Source of the DNA: Halocafeteria seosinensis
Taxonomy: Eukaryota
DNA length: 43,162 nucleotides
Reading direction: 5' to 3'
Assembly (NCBI GenBank): GCA_001687465.1
Contig: LVLI01000321.1
Location: 62,001 to 105,162, forward strand
The notes under the pieces were generated by a model. The model made no database searches and was not told the origin of the DNA. It saw only the letters and a program-made list of their open reading frames with translations. This document shows positions 42,700 through 43,162 of this stretch, piece after piece (within the stretch, counting starts at the first letter, position 1; each line of letters begins with the position of its first letter). The translations under genes and the position numbers were made by a program.

Positions 42700-43162
42700 C
42701 AAGGGTTGAGTGACAAGTGTAGTATGTGCATCCCCACAGGAACGGGCCCGCACCACACGCAAGACTTGGAATGGAACTACACGGCGGAAGGCATCGTAGT
42801 CCTGGGTGCTCCCATAGGGAAGCCTTCCTATGAAGACGATATTTGTCTGAAGAAGATCACTGAACTGCAGAACCTAATCACCGTACAGACGGAAGAAACA
42901 ATCCCGCTTCAATATAGATACCTGCTCCTGCGGTTGACTTGTATCCCCGCGATCAATTACCTGCTCCGAACAGTACCCAACAAGAATAGGCCAGTGGCGA
43001 CGTGTGCCTTCGACGAAGCCATCAAGATGGTACTTTGCACATTGCTGGGACTGGACAGCACGGAGCGTGACACCCCGACCGCTAATCTAGCCCTTCAGCA
43101 GGCGGCGCTGCCCCTCAGATTCGGAGGCTTGGGACTGACATCGGCCACAGACATCTCAGTAC
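42700..43162 (+). mobile_element. 5'-truncated RLE-type non-LTR retrotransposon (CRE/SLACS-like), RT thumb region; runs off the window end
   Basis: Open frame missing from the ORF track: DKC...EGIVVLGAPIG...LLLRLTCIPAINYLLRT...FDEAI...QAALPLRFGGLGLTSA. LG.PIG, YLLR and LP.R.GGLG are signatures of these elements. No upstream YxDD in frame. Confidence 0.82.

Noticed and set aside
1..43162. The many short antisense or off-frame ORFs in the track; rRNA and tRNA genes
   Set aside because: The ORFs are shadows of real CDSs; no rRNA or cloverleaf sequence was recognised.

Overview
Eukaryotic DNA from a compact, protist-like genome with short GT-AG introns; the lineage cannot be fixed from this window. 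About 0.5-28.4 kb is a gene-dense housekeeping block: SPIRAL1/HN1-like protein, U-box-vWA-Hint(Vint) protein, Nopp140/SRP40, DBP7/DDX31, NATD1-like GNAT, short MTHFR, helical-repeat protein, MTRR-like diflavin reductase, LYR protein, a second GNAT with an extra domain, ChaC, DDX46/Prp5 and a lysine-less ACC deaminase/D-cysteine desulfhydrase-like protein. About 28.4-36 kb is a mosaic of gene fragments, short duplications and one intact FG-GAP membrane protein gene. A membrane protein gene and an HMIT/INT-type sugar porter follow, and the window ends in remnants of an RLE-type (CRE-like) non-LTR retrotransposon. Best leads: (1) a highly structured 376-nt first intron in an MTHFR that lacks the SAM-regulatory domain and lies near MTRR; (2) the autoprocessing U-box-vWA-Vint protein; (3) a 23-bp motif present in three exact copies at fragment junctions; (4) a recurring CAACTTCAA upstream motif. 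Exon boundaries and RNA structures were inferred by eye, not computed.
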